From: Ilumatobacteraceae bacterium
Lineage (GTDB): Bacteria > Actinomycetota > Acidimicrobiia > Acidimicrobiales > Ilumatobacteraceae
Assembly (NCBI GenBank): GCA_031427935.1
Contig: JANPOJ010000664.1
Coordinates: 1 to 34,158 of the forward strand
Reading direction: 5' to 3'
DNA: 34,158 nucleotides
The notes beneath the pieces are model-generated. The model was given only the letters and a program-made list of their open reading frames with translations. It was not told the origin of the DNA and made no database searches. Made by a program: the position numbers and the translations under genes. Positions 7,715 to 16,284 of the stretch are shown piece after piece; the stretch's first letter is position 1; each line of letters begins with the position of its first letter.

Positions 7715-8908
7715 ATGCCGGTGTCACAACGAAAGCTGCTCGGCGCCTGGTACACGCCCCCGGCGCTGGTCGAGGCGGTCGTTGCCGAGGTGCGGCGTGG
7801 CTTCAGCCCGCACAGTGTTCTGGACCCGGCGTGCGGCGACGGCCGATTCCTGGCGCCGTTCGCCGACACCGCAGCGGTGACCGGTATCGACATCGATCCG
7901 TCGACGTCGTGGACCTGCGGTGACGCACTGGCGATCGACTGGGCCGATCGGCAGTTCGACGCGGTCGTCGGCAACCCACCATTCCTCAATCAACTGGCCT
8001 CCTCGACGTCTCGGGGTGGACGCTCGAAGTTCGGCGGCGGCCCGTACGCCGACACGGCCGCCGAGTTCCTGGCGCTCGCAATCCGCCTCACTCGACCCGG
8101 TGGTCGTGTTGGGCTGGTGCTGCCGCTGTCGATGTTGTCGACGCGAGATGTCGCCGCGATCAGAGACGACGTGTCGCAGCGAGCCGCGCTGCGGTGGATG
8201 TGGTGGTCGACGACGCAGATGTTCGACGCCAACGTGCGCGTGTGGGCCGGAGTGTGGGAGGTCGGTGGCACCCAAGGTGAAGTTCGTCGTTCCTACGGCC
8301 CGCAATTCGAGGCACGACCTTCGATCGCCATGCCTGCGCAGTGGGCCGGGTTGATCGCCGACACGGTCGTGACGTCGCACGATCACGACGGACCGGTGCT
8401 GGGCGACATCGCCGCCTTCACCGCCGACTTTCGCGATCAGTACTACGGCTTGGTGGGCGCGGTCAGCGACTCGGCCGATGGGCCACCGCTGATCACCAGC
8501 GGGCTGATCGAGCCGAACGAATGCTGGTGGGGCCGTCGGTCCGTGCGCTTCGCCAAGCAGCGGTACGCGGCACCCCGCGTCGACGTGTCGGCCTTGTCGC
8601 CGGCACTGCAGCGCTGGGCGGGGCAGCGTTTGGTCCCCAAGATCCTGATCGCCAATCAGACCCGCCGCATCGAGGCCGTCATCGACCGCAACGGCGAATG
8701 GCTGCCGAGCGTGCCGGTGATCACCTGCACGACCGATCGGCTCGACGACGTCGCCGCCTTCCTGCACTCCGACGCGGCGACCGACTTCGTGCGGTACCAC
8801 GCGGCCGGCAGCGGTCTCAGCGCGACGACCGTTCGGCTCACGGCACGATTGCTTGCCTCGATCCCGTTGCCCGCAGCCATGGTCGAGACTCCCACCGCCG
8901 CCAGTTGA
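7715..8908 (+). CDS. N6-adenine DNA methyltransferase (Eco57I/TaqI-like, gamma-type motif order), solitary
   Basis: ATG 7715 ([19 protein letters not shown]). AdoMet motif [10 protein letters not shown] lies upstream of the catalytic motif VVGNPPF, with a C-terminal TRD-like region. The 7484 extension overlaps coaA and is Arg-rich. Confidence 0.85.
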   Translation: MPVSQRKLLGAWYTPPALVEAVVAEVRRGFSPHSVLDPACGDGRFLAPFADTAAVTGIDIDPSTSWTCGDALAIDWADRQFDAVVGNPPFLNQLASSTSRGGRSKFGGGPYADTAAEFLALAIRLTRPGGRVGLVLPLSMLSTRDVAAIRDDVSQRAALRWMWWSTTQMFDANVRVWAGVWEVGGTQGEVRRSYGPQFEARPSIAMPAQWAGLIADTVVTSHDHDGPVLGDIAAFTADFRDQYYGLVGAVSDSADGPPLITSGLIEPNECWWGRRSVRFAKQRYAAPRVDVSALSPALQRWAGQRLVPKILIANQTRRIEAVIDRNGEWLPSVPVITCTTDRLDDVAAFLHSDAATDFVRYHAAGSGLSATTVRLTARLLASIPLPAAMVETPTAAS

Positions 8909-10175
8909 CGACGGCGCGCAGCGTCATCCACGACAGTTGCGCGCCCCACAGCCCGGCCAGGCCCAGCCGCGGCGCGAACAACGTGGCGATCGCCAGCGGT
9001 GCGAAGCCGACGAGGTTGATCACTGCTTGGCGGGCCAGCCAGCGTTCGTCGTGGGCGCCGATCAACGCGCCGTCGAAGGCGAACGCGATCGCCCCGGGGA
9101 ACTGCATGACGGCCAGGATCAACAGACCCGCTGTCAGTCGGGAATGCACCGCCGGATCGGCACTGAACACGTGGGGCAGCAGGGGACTCAGCGCGGCGAG
9201 CACCGATGCGAGCAGCACCGCGCACCACAGCGACAGGCGGTTGCTGGTGCGCCCGACGAGCAGCGCCTGATTGGTGTCGTCTGCGCCCAGGGCACCGGCC
9301 ACCAACGACTGGGCAGGTATGGCCAGCGCGTCGAGCATCAGTGCCAAGAACATGAACAGTTGGGTCAGCACCTGGTGTGCCGCAAGCGTCGGTGTGTCGA
9401 CGTGCGCGGCGACAGCCGTGGCCGTGTTCCACACCGCGAACATCGCGATCGAACGCACTGCGAAGTGCACGCCGCTGCGCAGCAACTTCTTCATGCGCTC
9501 CGGCGTCGGTCGGGACCCACCACGATGCGGCCGCAACACGCGCAGGAACATCATCGCTGCACCCATCTGCACGATCACGGTGCTCCAGGCTGACCCGGCC
9601 ACACCGAGGTCGAGCCAGTAAACGGCAACGATCTCCAACACGAGGTTCACGACATTGGCGACCAGCACGATGCGCAGCGGCTTGCGCAGATCGTTGACAC
9701 CGCGCATCACCCCATGCCCGACGTAGGTCACCAGCACGAAGGGCAGGCCGACGCAACTGATCCGCAGGTAGAGGACGGCGTATCCCAGCACGTCGCCACG
9801 ACCGCCGAGCAACCACACCAGCGGATGCGCGGCGGCGGCGACCACCGCGCCCATCGGCACGCCGATCATCACTGCCAGGCGCAGCGCTGCGGTGGCCACG
9901 TCGCGCGCCTCGGCAGAACGCCCGGCGCCGTGGGCAAAGGCCACATCGGGCGTGACGCCGTATTCGAGCGACGCCGTCATCGAGATCACGGTCAGCAAGA
10001 TCGTGGTGGCGATGGCCAGGCCGCCGAGCTGTGGCGTGCCCAGCCGACCGACGATCGCCGTGTCGACCAGCACGTACAACGGCTCGATTGCCAAAGTTCC
10101 GAGCGCCGGGACTGCCAGCGCGATGATCCGCCGATCCAGTTCGCGACGTGTAGTGAGCGGCGTCAACGATTCCAA
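8838..10175 (-). CDS. MATE-family efflux transporter
   Basis: Polytopic hydrophobic protein with a MATE-like N-terminus (RRIIALAVPALGTLAIEPLYVLVDTAIVGRLG). The start is uncertain. TTG 10175 is the first plausible start codon I found before the conserved block. The 574-aa ORF-track version runs through the map gene. Confidence 0.8.
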   Translation of the reverse strand: MESLTPLTTRRELDRRIIALAVPALGTLAIEPLYVLVDTAIVGRLGTPQLGGLAIATTILLTVISMTASLEYGVTPDVAFAHGAGRSAEARDVATAALRLAVMIGVPMGAVVAAAAHPLVWLLGGRGDVLGYAVLYLRISCVGLPFVLVTYVGHGVMRGVNDLRKPLRIVLVANVVNLVLEIVAVYWLDLGVAGSAWSTVIVQMGAAMMFLRVLRPHRGGSRPTPERMKKLLRSGVHFAVRSIAMFAVWNTATAVAAHVDTPTLAAHQVLTQLFMFLALMLDALAIPAQSLVAGALGADDTNQALLVGRTSNRLSLWCAVLLASVLAALSPLLPHVFSADPAVHSRLTAGLLILAVMQFPGAIAFAFDGALIGAHDERWLARQAVINLVGFAPLAIATLFAPRLGLAGLWGAQLSWMTLRAVVNWRRWESRPWLRATGSRQAIVP

Positions 10176-11146
10176 GGCGCCGACGGCGACACTGCGCCGG
10201 GCGCGGTCAGCACGTCGAAGCCGTCGTCGGTGACGAGGATCGTGTGCTCGTACTGCGCGGTACGCCGGCCATCGGCGGTGATCGCAGTCCAGTTGTCGTC
10301 GAAGACCATCTTGTGCTGCCACGATCCGATGGTGATCATCGGCTCGATGGTGAACGTCATGCCCGGCCGCATGATCGTGTTGGCCCGCTCGTCGTAGTAG
10401 TGCAGCACCTGGATGTCGGTGTGGAACTGCTCGCCGATGCCGTGGCCGATGAACGCCTTGACCACGCCGTAGCGGTACTTCTTGGCGTGCGACTCGATGG
10501 CCCTGCCGATGTCGCTGATCGGTCGACCGGGTTGCACCGCCTCGATGCCGTGCCACATGCATTCCTCGGTGACGTGCACCAGCTGTTGGCTGGCCGGGTC
10601 GACGTTGCCGACGAAGAACGTGGCGTTGGTGTCGCCGTGCACGCCACCGATGTACGTGGTGACGTCGATGTTGACGATGTCGCCATCCTGCAACGCCCTG
10701 GAGTCGGGGATGCCGTGGCAGATCACTTCGTTGACGCTGGTGCAGACGCTCTTCGGGAAGTGGTTGTAGTTGAGCGGGCTCGGGTACGAGTCCCGTTCGA
10801 TGCAGAGGTCGTGCACGTACACGTCGATCTCATCGGTCGTGATGCCCACCGCGACCTTCTCGCCGGCCAGGCGCAGCACCTCGGCCGCCACGATGCCGGC
10901 GTGGCGCATGCGCTCGAGGATGTCGGGCGACTTCACGCGCGGTTCGATCCACCGGATCGGTACGCCGGTCTCGGCATAGGGCGGTCGAACGATGTGATCG
11001 GGAACGGGGCGACGAGCGCTGACCAGGCCCTGCAGCACTCGACCTTCGAGGGGCTTGTGGCACCGCTTGTACTTGCGACCGCTTCCGCACCAGCACGGAT
11101 CGTTGGCCTGTGGCAACGTGGCCGGCGGTTGGGCTTTCTGCAACAT
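10163..11146 (-). CDS. map: type I methionine aminopeptidase with an N-terminal SEC-C zinc-binding motif
   Basis: The pita-bread fold blocks are readable (DIVNIDVT, GGVHGDT, HGIGE.FH, FTIEPM, QYEHT). The N-terminal 30 aa carry CWCGSGRKYKRCH. Confidence 0.92.
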   Translation of the reverse strand: MLQKAQPPATLPQANDPCWCGSGRKYKRCHKPLEGRVLQGLVSARRPVPDHIVRPPYAETGVPIRWIEPRVKSPDILERMRHAGIVAAEVLRLAGEKVAVGITTDEIDVYVHDLCIERDSYPSPLNYNHFPKSVCTSVNEVICHGIPDSRALQDGDIVNIDVTTYIGGVHGDTNATFFVGNVDPASQQLVHVTEECMWHGIEAVQPGRPISDIGRAIESHAKKYRYGVVKAFIGHGIGEQFHTDIQVLHYYDERANTIMRPGMTFTIEPMITIGSWQHKMVFDDNWTAITADGRRTAQYEHTILVTDDGFDVLTAPGAVSPSAPWNR

Positions 11147-11206
11147 TGCACACAGTCTAACTGGTCGTCAATACGCGGTGACTCTGGCATAACGTGGGCG
11201 ACCACT

Positions 11207-12775
11207 ATGGGAGCGATCCAGGTCAGCCATGTCGGTTGGCGGCGCCCGGGTGGCGCCGAACTGCTGCGCGACGTCAACTTCAGCGTCGGCAGCGGCGACA
11301 GGGTGGCGCTGGTCGGTGCGAACGGTGTCGGCAAGAGCACGCTGCTGCGGTTGATCGCCGGCGAGACCACCGCGACCAGCGGCACGATCTCGATCGACGG
11401 CCGATTGGGTGTCATGCGCCAGCTGGTGGCCGAGAACGACCAGACCGTGCGCGAACTGATGGTGTCGCTAGCACCGCAGCGTTTGCAGGATGCCGCGGCG
11501 CGACTGGCACGAGCCGAGCAGACCGCGGCCGACGAGCCGATGCGCTACGCGACCGCGCTGGCGGAGTGGGGTGATGCCCACGGGTACGAGGCCGAGGTCT
11601 TCTGGGATGCGTGCTGCACCAAAGCCGTCGGCGAACCGTTCGCCGAGTTGGAACGCCGTCCACTGCGCACGTTCAGCGGTGGCGAGCAGAAGCGGTTGGC
11701 GCTGGAGGCGTTGCTGCGCAGCGACTACGACGTGTTGCTGCTCGACGAGCCCGACAACTTCCTCGACGTACCGGGGAAGCGGTGGCTCGAAGCCGAGCTG
11801 TGCGCCAGCCGCAAGACGATGTTGTACGTCAGCCACGACCGCGAGCTGCTGGCCGCCACGGCGACCAAGATCGTGACCGTCGAGGCCAGCGGCGCGTGGA
11901 CACACGGCAGTGGGTTCGCCGGGTATCACGAGGCCCGTCAAGCCCGGCTGGAGAATCGTGAGCATCAGCTGGCCCTGTACGAGGACGAACGCAAGAAGCT
12001 CGAGGAGCTCGTCATCGAGATGCGGCGGCGGGCGAAGATCAGTGAGAAGTTCGCACCCCGCCTGAAGGCTGCAGAGAGCCGGCTCCGCCAGTTCCTGGAA
12101 CGAAGCGAGGCCCCGGAACTGGTCCGCGAACAGCGCATCGACATGCGTCTCGGTGGCGCGCGGACCGGCAAGCGGGCACTGGCTGTGCGCCAGCTGGAGC
12201 TGCACGGGTTGACCGATCCGTTCGAGCTCGAGCTGTGGTACGGCGAGCGAGTTGCCGTGCTGGGTGGCAACGGTGTCGGCAAGAGTCACTTCCTGCGAGT
12301 GCTCGACGGCGATGCGTCGGTGGCGCACAGCGGCGACGTGCGACTGGGGGCGGGCGTCGTTCCCGGTCTGTTCAATCAGACCCACGAGCACGCCGACTGG
12401 AGTGGGAAGACGCTGCTGCAGATCCTCCACGACAACGACGTCGTGCGCGGTCCGGCGATGGGCATGCTGCGCCGCTACGAGATGCAGGGCTGCGCCGACC
12501 AGCTCTTCGAGACGTTGAGCGGCGGTCAGCAGGCCCGCTTCCAGATCCTGCTGCTCGAGCTCAGCGGGGCCACGTTGTTGCTGCTCGACGAACCCACCGA
12601 CAACCTCGACCTCGTCTCCGCCGAGGCGTTGGAGGCCGGGCTCGCCGAGTTCCAGGGCACCGTGATCGCGGTCACCCACGACCGCTGGTTCCTACGCGGC
12701 TTCGATCGGTTCGTGGTCTTCAACGAGGACTGCTCGGTCAGCGATCACCTCAATCGCCCGGCGGAGTGGCGATAG
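11207..12775 (+). CDS. ABC-F family ATPase (two ABC domains, no TMD)
   Basis: ATG 11207 (MGAIQVSHVGW). Two Walker A motifs (GANGVGKST, GGNGVGKSH), two signature motifs (FSGGEQKR, LSGGQQAR) and a charged inter-domain linker. Confidence 0.9.
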   Translation: MGAIQVSHVGWRRPGGAELLRDVNFSVGSGDRVALVGANGVGKSTLLRLIAGETTATSGTISIDGRLGVMRQLVAENDQTVRELMVSLAPQRLQDAAARLARAEQTAADEPMRYATALAEWGDAHGYEAEVFWDACCTKAVGEPFAELERRPLRTFSGGEQKRLALEALLRSDYDVLLLDEPDNFLDVPGKRWLEAELCASRKTMLYVSHDRELLAATATKIVTVEASGAWTHGSGFAGYHEARQARLENREHQLALYEDERKKLEELVIEMRRRAKISEKFAPRLKAAESRLRQFLERSEAPELVREQRIDMRLGGARTGKRALAVRQLELHGLTDPFELELWYGERVAVLGGNGVGKSHFLRVLDGDASVAHSGDVRLGAGVVPGLFNQTHEHADWSGKTLLQILHDNDVVRGPAMGMLRRYEMQGCADQLFETLSGGQQARFQILLLELSGATLLLLDEPTDNLDLVSAEALEAGLAEFQGTVIAVTHDRWFLRGFDRFVVFNEDCSVSDHLNRPAEWR

Positions 12776-12800
12776 ATCGAGTCAGGCGTCGCGAGTCGTT

Positions 12801-13892
12801 TCAAGCGTCGCCGAAGCCGAGGTCGCCGGCCCACGGCGGGGCACACGCATACGGCGGTGTCCAGGGGCCGCGGCCGCAGTAGACCCACAGGTCGCTGGCG
12901 GCATCGGCACAGTTCTGCATCGACTCCTTCACGTTCACCACGGTCCAGCCTCGGCGGCCCAGTTCGCCGTGGGGCTCGAACATCCCGGCCAACGCATTGA
13001 GCTGGAAGGTGCAGTGCGAGTCGTCACGAGTCGCCAGGTTGAAGTTGACCGTCGCCGCGTTGCAACCGCCCTCACGCGACGCGATGTAGGTGGCCCACTG
13101 TTGGGTGGCGTCGTCGGCGCCGTCCTTGGCGAACTCGTTGGCGATGATGTCGGCGTTCTCCTTGGTGCATGCCACGTGGTTGCCGTAGTACGGAATGCCG
13201 TCGCGGCTCAGGTTCCAATTCGGGAACGGCTCGCGGGCTGCGGGAAAGGGACCACCGGGGGCGTGGGCAACGACCGGGCCGCCTTGGACCGTGGTCTTGC
13301 CACTCCAGATCCCCATGGCCGCCAGCGTGGATGGCCCGGCGACACCGTCCGTAGGAAGTGGTGGCGTGGCGAATTGGAATCCACGCACAGCATCGGCCGT
13401 GGTCTTGTCGAACACCCCGGTCGACTTCGCGGTCATGTAGCCGTCTTGAGTCAGCTTGTCCTGCAGGCACTTCACCGATGCGCCGCTCGACCCGGTGCCG
13501 AGACGGGCGTCGGCCAGGCACAGCGGCGGCGGTTCGGCGTCGACGCCGGAGTAGATCCCCATCTCGGTCAGCACCAGTGGGGTCGCCACGCCGTCGACGC
13601 GCAGCGGCGGGTGGTTCGACTGGAAGATGGCCATCGCCTCAGCCGTCAGCTTGTCGTACTTCTGGGTCAGTGTGGCGTGGTAGATGCCGAGCGCTGCCAG
13701 GGTGAACTGCAGACAGGCGACACTCGACCCCGTGGAACCGATCGCCAGCCCGGCGTCGCTCGTACACCATTCGATCTCCGGTACGTCGGCGTGCACGATC
13801 TGCTGGGCGGAGTCCGGCACCGTCGCCATCGCCATATTGAGCAGCAGCGTCGTCGCCGTCATCAGCGTCAAGGCCCGTCGCCGCAACTTCAC
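12801..13892 (-). CDS. secreted protein: two PG_binding_1-like repeats plus a Cys-rich C-terminal lysozyme/transglycosylase-like domain
   Basis: GTG 13892 gives the signal-like N-terminus VKLRRRALTLMTATTLLLNMAMA. There are two G.SG..V.CLQ...G......FD..TA.AV..FQ...L..DGVAGP.TL repeats. The C-terminus reads YIASREGGCNAATVN...CTFQLN. The start is uncertain; ATG 13862 is an alternative. Confidence 0.7.
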   Translation of the reverse strand: MKLRRRALTLMTATTLLLNMAMATVPDSAQQIVHADVPEIEWCTSDAGLAIGSTGSSVACLQFTLAALGIYHATLTQKYDKLTAEAMAIFQSNHPPLRVDGVATPLVLTEMGIYSGVDAEPPPLCLADARLGTGSSGASVKCLQDKLTQDGYMTAKSTGVFDKTTADAVRGFQFATPPLPTDGVAGPSTLAAMGIWSGKTTVQGGPVVAHAPGGPFPAAREPFPNWNLSRDGIPYYGNHVACTKENADIIANEFAKDGADDATQQWATYIASREGGCNAATVNFNLATRDDSHCTFQLNALAGMFEPHGELGRRGWTVVNVKESMQNCADAASDLWVYCGRGPWTPPYACAPPWAGDLGFGDA

Positions 13893-13910
13893 CCACGTAT
13901 TCTGCCGTAG

Positions 13911-15377
13911 ATGGGTCACGACCACGCCGCGCTCCCCAACATCTTGCTGATCACCCTCGATCAGTTCCGGGCCGACTCGCTGTCGTGCGCTGGGCACCCG
14001 GTCGTGCGCACGCCGGCGCTCGACGACCTCGCCAGCCAGGGCGTTCGGTTGACCAAGCACTACTCACAGGCGGCGCCGTGCTCCCCCGGCCGTGCCGCGC
14101 TGTACACGGGGACGTACCAGATGAACAACCGTGTCGTCGCCAACGGCACGCCGCTCGACGCACGCTTCGACAACATCGCCCATGCAGCGCGTCGTGGCGG
14201 ATACTCGCCGGCGCTGTTCGGTTACACCGACCAAGGTGTGGATCCGCGCCTGGTCGACGACCCGCAAGATCCGCGCCTGTCGACCTATGAGGGCGTGCTC
14301 CCCGGCTTCGACGCTGTGCTCGACATGAGCGGTTGGCAACTGCCCTGGCTCGAGTGGTTGAACGGTCACGGCTACGACTTTCCGGATCCGATCACCGCGC
14401 TGGAACGGGAGAACGAGCGGCCAGCGACGCTCTCGACATCGACGTTCCTGACCAACGGATTCCTCGACTGGCTCGGCGGCCAGCACCAGCCGTGGTTCGC
14501 CCACCTGTCGTACCTGCGGCCACACCCGCCGTACAGCGCGGCGGGCGAGTACTCAGCGATGTACGACCCCGCGTCGTGCCCGGCGCCGCTGCCGGTCCCC
14601 ACGAACCGGCACCGCTTGGTCGATGCCCTGCTTCACGCGACGCCGGCACCGACCGACCCAACCGAAGTCGCCCAGATGCAGGCCCAGTACTTCGGGATGA
14701 TCAGTGAGGTCGACGCGCAGCTGGCGCGCGTGTGGGCCGCGCTCGAGCAACGGCACGAATGGCACAACACGGTCGTCGTCGTGACGGCCGATCATGGCGA
14801 GCAGCTCGGCGATCAGGGCTTGGTGCAGAAGGCCGGGTTCTACGAGTCGAGCTACGCGGTGCTGGGGATCATCCGCGACCCGCGGTGCGACCACGTGGGC
14901 GTCGTCGACGACTTCACCGAGAACGTCGACATCATGCCGACCCTGTGCGAGGCGATGGGCGTGCCGGTGCCGGCGCAATGCGATGGCTTCCCGCTGACCC
15001 CTTTCCTGCACGGTGAACGGCCCGCATCGTGGCGCGACGCCGCGTACTACGAGTGGGACTGGCGCGACCAGTTCATCCCACACGGCGACCACGAATGGCC
15101 ATGGGATCGTCGGCTGGAGCGTCAGAACCTGGCCGTCCGGCGGAGTCGAGATCGCGCGTATGTGCACTTCGGTGACGGCTCGTGGCGTTGCTTCGACCTC
15201 GCCGCCGACCCGACGTGGCAGACCGAGGTCACGGATCCGGCCGTCGTCCTCACCGAGGCGTCGGCGATGTTGAGTTGGCGTTCACGCCACCTCGATCGGA
15301 CGATGACCGGGATGCTGCTGCAGGACGGTGGCATCGGCCGCCGACCTGCGCCGGCGCGAAACCTCAGAGTGCGCTGA
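13911..15377 (+). CDS. sulfatase-family hydrolase (formylglycine-type)
   Basis: N-terminus NILLITLDQFRAD plus the C-x-P-x-R maturation motif (APCSPGRAALYTG), and a later VVVVTADHGE block. Confidence 0.9.
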   Translation: MGHDHAALPNILLITLDQFRADSLSCAGHPVVRTPALDDLASQGVRLTKHYSQAAPCSPGRAALYTGTYQMNNRVVANGTPLDARFDNIAHAARRGGYSPALFGYTDQGVDPRLVDDPQDPRLSTYEGVLPGFDAVLDMSGWQLPWLEWLNGHGYDFPDPITALERENERPATLSTSTFLTNGFLDWLGGQHQPWFAHLSYLRPHPPYSAAGEYSAMYDPASCPAPLPVPTNRHRLVDALLHATPAPTDPTEVAQMQAQYFGMISEVDAQLARVWAALEQRHEWHNTVVVVTADHGEQLGDQGLVQKAGFYESSYAVLGIIRDPRCDHVGVVDDFTENVDIMPTLCEAMGVPVPAQCDGFPLTPFLHGERPASWRDAAYYEWDWRDQFIPHGDHEWPWDRRLERQNLAVRRSRDRAYVHFGDGSWRCFDLAADPTWQTEVTDPAVVLTEASAMLSWRSRHLDRTMTGMLLQDGGIGRRPAPARNLRVR

Positions 15378-15828
15378 CGTAGGCGGCGAAGCGATCGAGG
15401 CTGCTGTTGAACCCGGCCTGCGCTTGCGGACTGCGGTACATCTCGGGCACGTTCGTCTGGTGGATGGTCACCTCGGTGCGGTCATCGCCCAGATCGACGA
15501 ACGTCACCGATGTGGTCATGCCACCCTCGACGTCCGGCTCGCTCCACACCAGCTTGCTGGGCGCGACGATCTCGACGTACACCCCGCGACTCTCGAACTC
15601 GGCGCCGTCGGCGTCGTTGACCATCACCGTGTCGAACGCTCCGCCCGGTTGGAGGTCGACCTTGATCCGTTCGAGTGGGGTGCTGACCCCGACCGGCCCC
15701 CAGAAGTGGGTGAGGTGTTCGGGCGTGGTCATGCACTCGAACACCAGGGCGCGCGGCGCGTCGTAGGTGCGGGTGATGATCAGTTCGCCGGTGGTGGTGG
15801 TGGTGGTGGTGGTCGTCGTTTCGTTCAT
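15364..15828 (-). CDS. SRPBCC/AHSA1-like (START-fold) protein with an N-terminal poly-Thr tract
   Basis: ATG 15828 overlaps the ArsR stop (ATGA). The sequence reads MNE-T10-GELIITRTYDAPRALVFECMTTPEHLTHFWGP. It overlaps the convergent sulfatase end by 14 nt. Confidence 0.85.
   Translation of the reverse strand: MNETTTTTTTTTTGELIITRTYDAPRALVFECMTTPEHLTHFWGPVGVSTPLERIKVDLQPGGAFDTVMVNDADGAEFESRGVYVEIVAPSKLVWSEPDVEGGMTTSVTFVDLGDDRTEVTIHQTNVPEMYRSPQAQAGFNSSLDRFAAYVSAL
15790..15813 (-). repeat. perfect (ACC)8 trinucleotide microsatellite, in frame (poly-Thr)
   Basis: The plus strand reads ggt x8 followed by cgtcgt. On the coding strand this is ACG ACG (ACC)8, giving T10. Confidence 0.95.
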
Positions 15829-16187
15829 GGTCGGCTGTCTTTCTGTGGGGGCTGGATCTTGCGGAGGTGCTGTTCGAGCCTGTCGAAACGGTCCTGCCAG
15901 ATCTGCCGGTGCTGTTCGATCCAGTGGACTGCTGTGTCGAGCGGTTCGGCCTCGAGATTGCATGGTCGGAACTGAGCGTCGCGGCCGCGGCTGATCAGAC
16001 CGGCGTGCTCGAGCACCTTGATGTGTCTCGACACCGCCTGCAAGGTGATCTCGAACGGCTCGGCCAACTCGTTGACCGTGGCTTGGCCGCTGGCGAGACG
16101 GGCGAGGATCGCACGTCGGGTCGGGTCGGCCAGCGCCGCGAACGTGGTGCTGAGCGAGTCGTTGTCCATCACACTCAATGAGGTCAC
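15825..16187 (-). CDS. ArsR/SmtB-family transcriptional regulator
   Basis: FAALADPTRRAILARL...ATVNELAEPFEITLQAVSRHIKVLEHAGLI is a classic ArsR wHTH. GTG 16187 is the ORF-track start, and ATG 16169 (MDNDSL) is an alternative. Confidence 0.9.
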   Translation of the reverse strand: MTSLSVMDNDSLSTTFAALADPTRRAILARLASGQATVNELAEPFEITLQAVSRHIKVLEHAGLISRGRDAQFRPCNLEAEPLDTAVHWIEQHRQIWQDRFDRLEQHLRKIQPPQKDSRP

Positions 16188-16200
16188 ATCCCAACTGACA

Positions 16201-16240
16201 TATTCAACAGATTCGTTGTTTAACTACTTAGTTGATTATG
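16201..16240. promoter_or_regulatory. AT-rich patch with nested inverted repeats upstream of the arsR-SRPBCC operon (candidate promoter/operator)
   Basis: tattcaacagattcgttgtttaactacttagttgattatg is AT-rich, unlike its GC-rich surroundings. It contains AACTA-CT-TAGTT (16222-16233), CAAC-n6-GTTG (16205-16218) and outer TCAAC/GTTGA arms (16204-16208 and 16231-16235). Confidence 0.4.
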
Positions 16241-16284
16241 TCGATGCGAGCCCCCGATGTCAAGCGCCCATCACGAACCCTCCT

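Noticed and set aside
6752-10175. A restriction-modification or other defence island around the DNA methyltransferase.
   Set aside because: Both flanking genes are clearly coaA and a MATE exporter. No nuclease, specificity, helicase or ATPase ORF lies in between, and the alternative-frame ORFs over the methyltransferase are shadow frames.
10244-11206. N-terminal extensions in the ORF track for several genes: ABC-F from 10244, methyltransferase from 7484, amidohydrolase to 21453, MATE to 10562, HAD from 5260, LAL regulator from 31273, kinase to 31544, MDR to 22985, AKR to 24027, SRPBCC to 16194.
   Set aside because: The extensions overlap neighbouring well-supported genes and have shadow-frame composition. 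Internal starts coincide with the onset of conserved sequence and with SD sites or 4-nt coupling overlaps.
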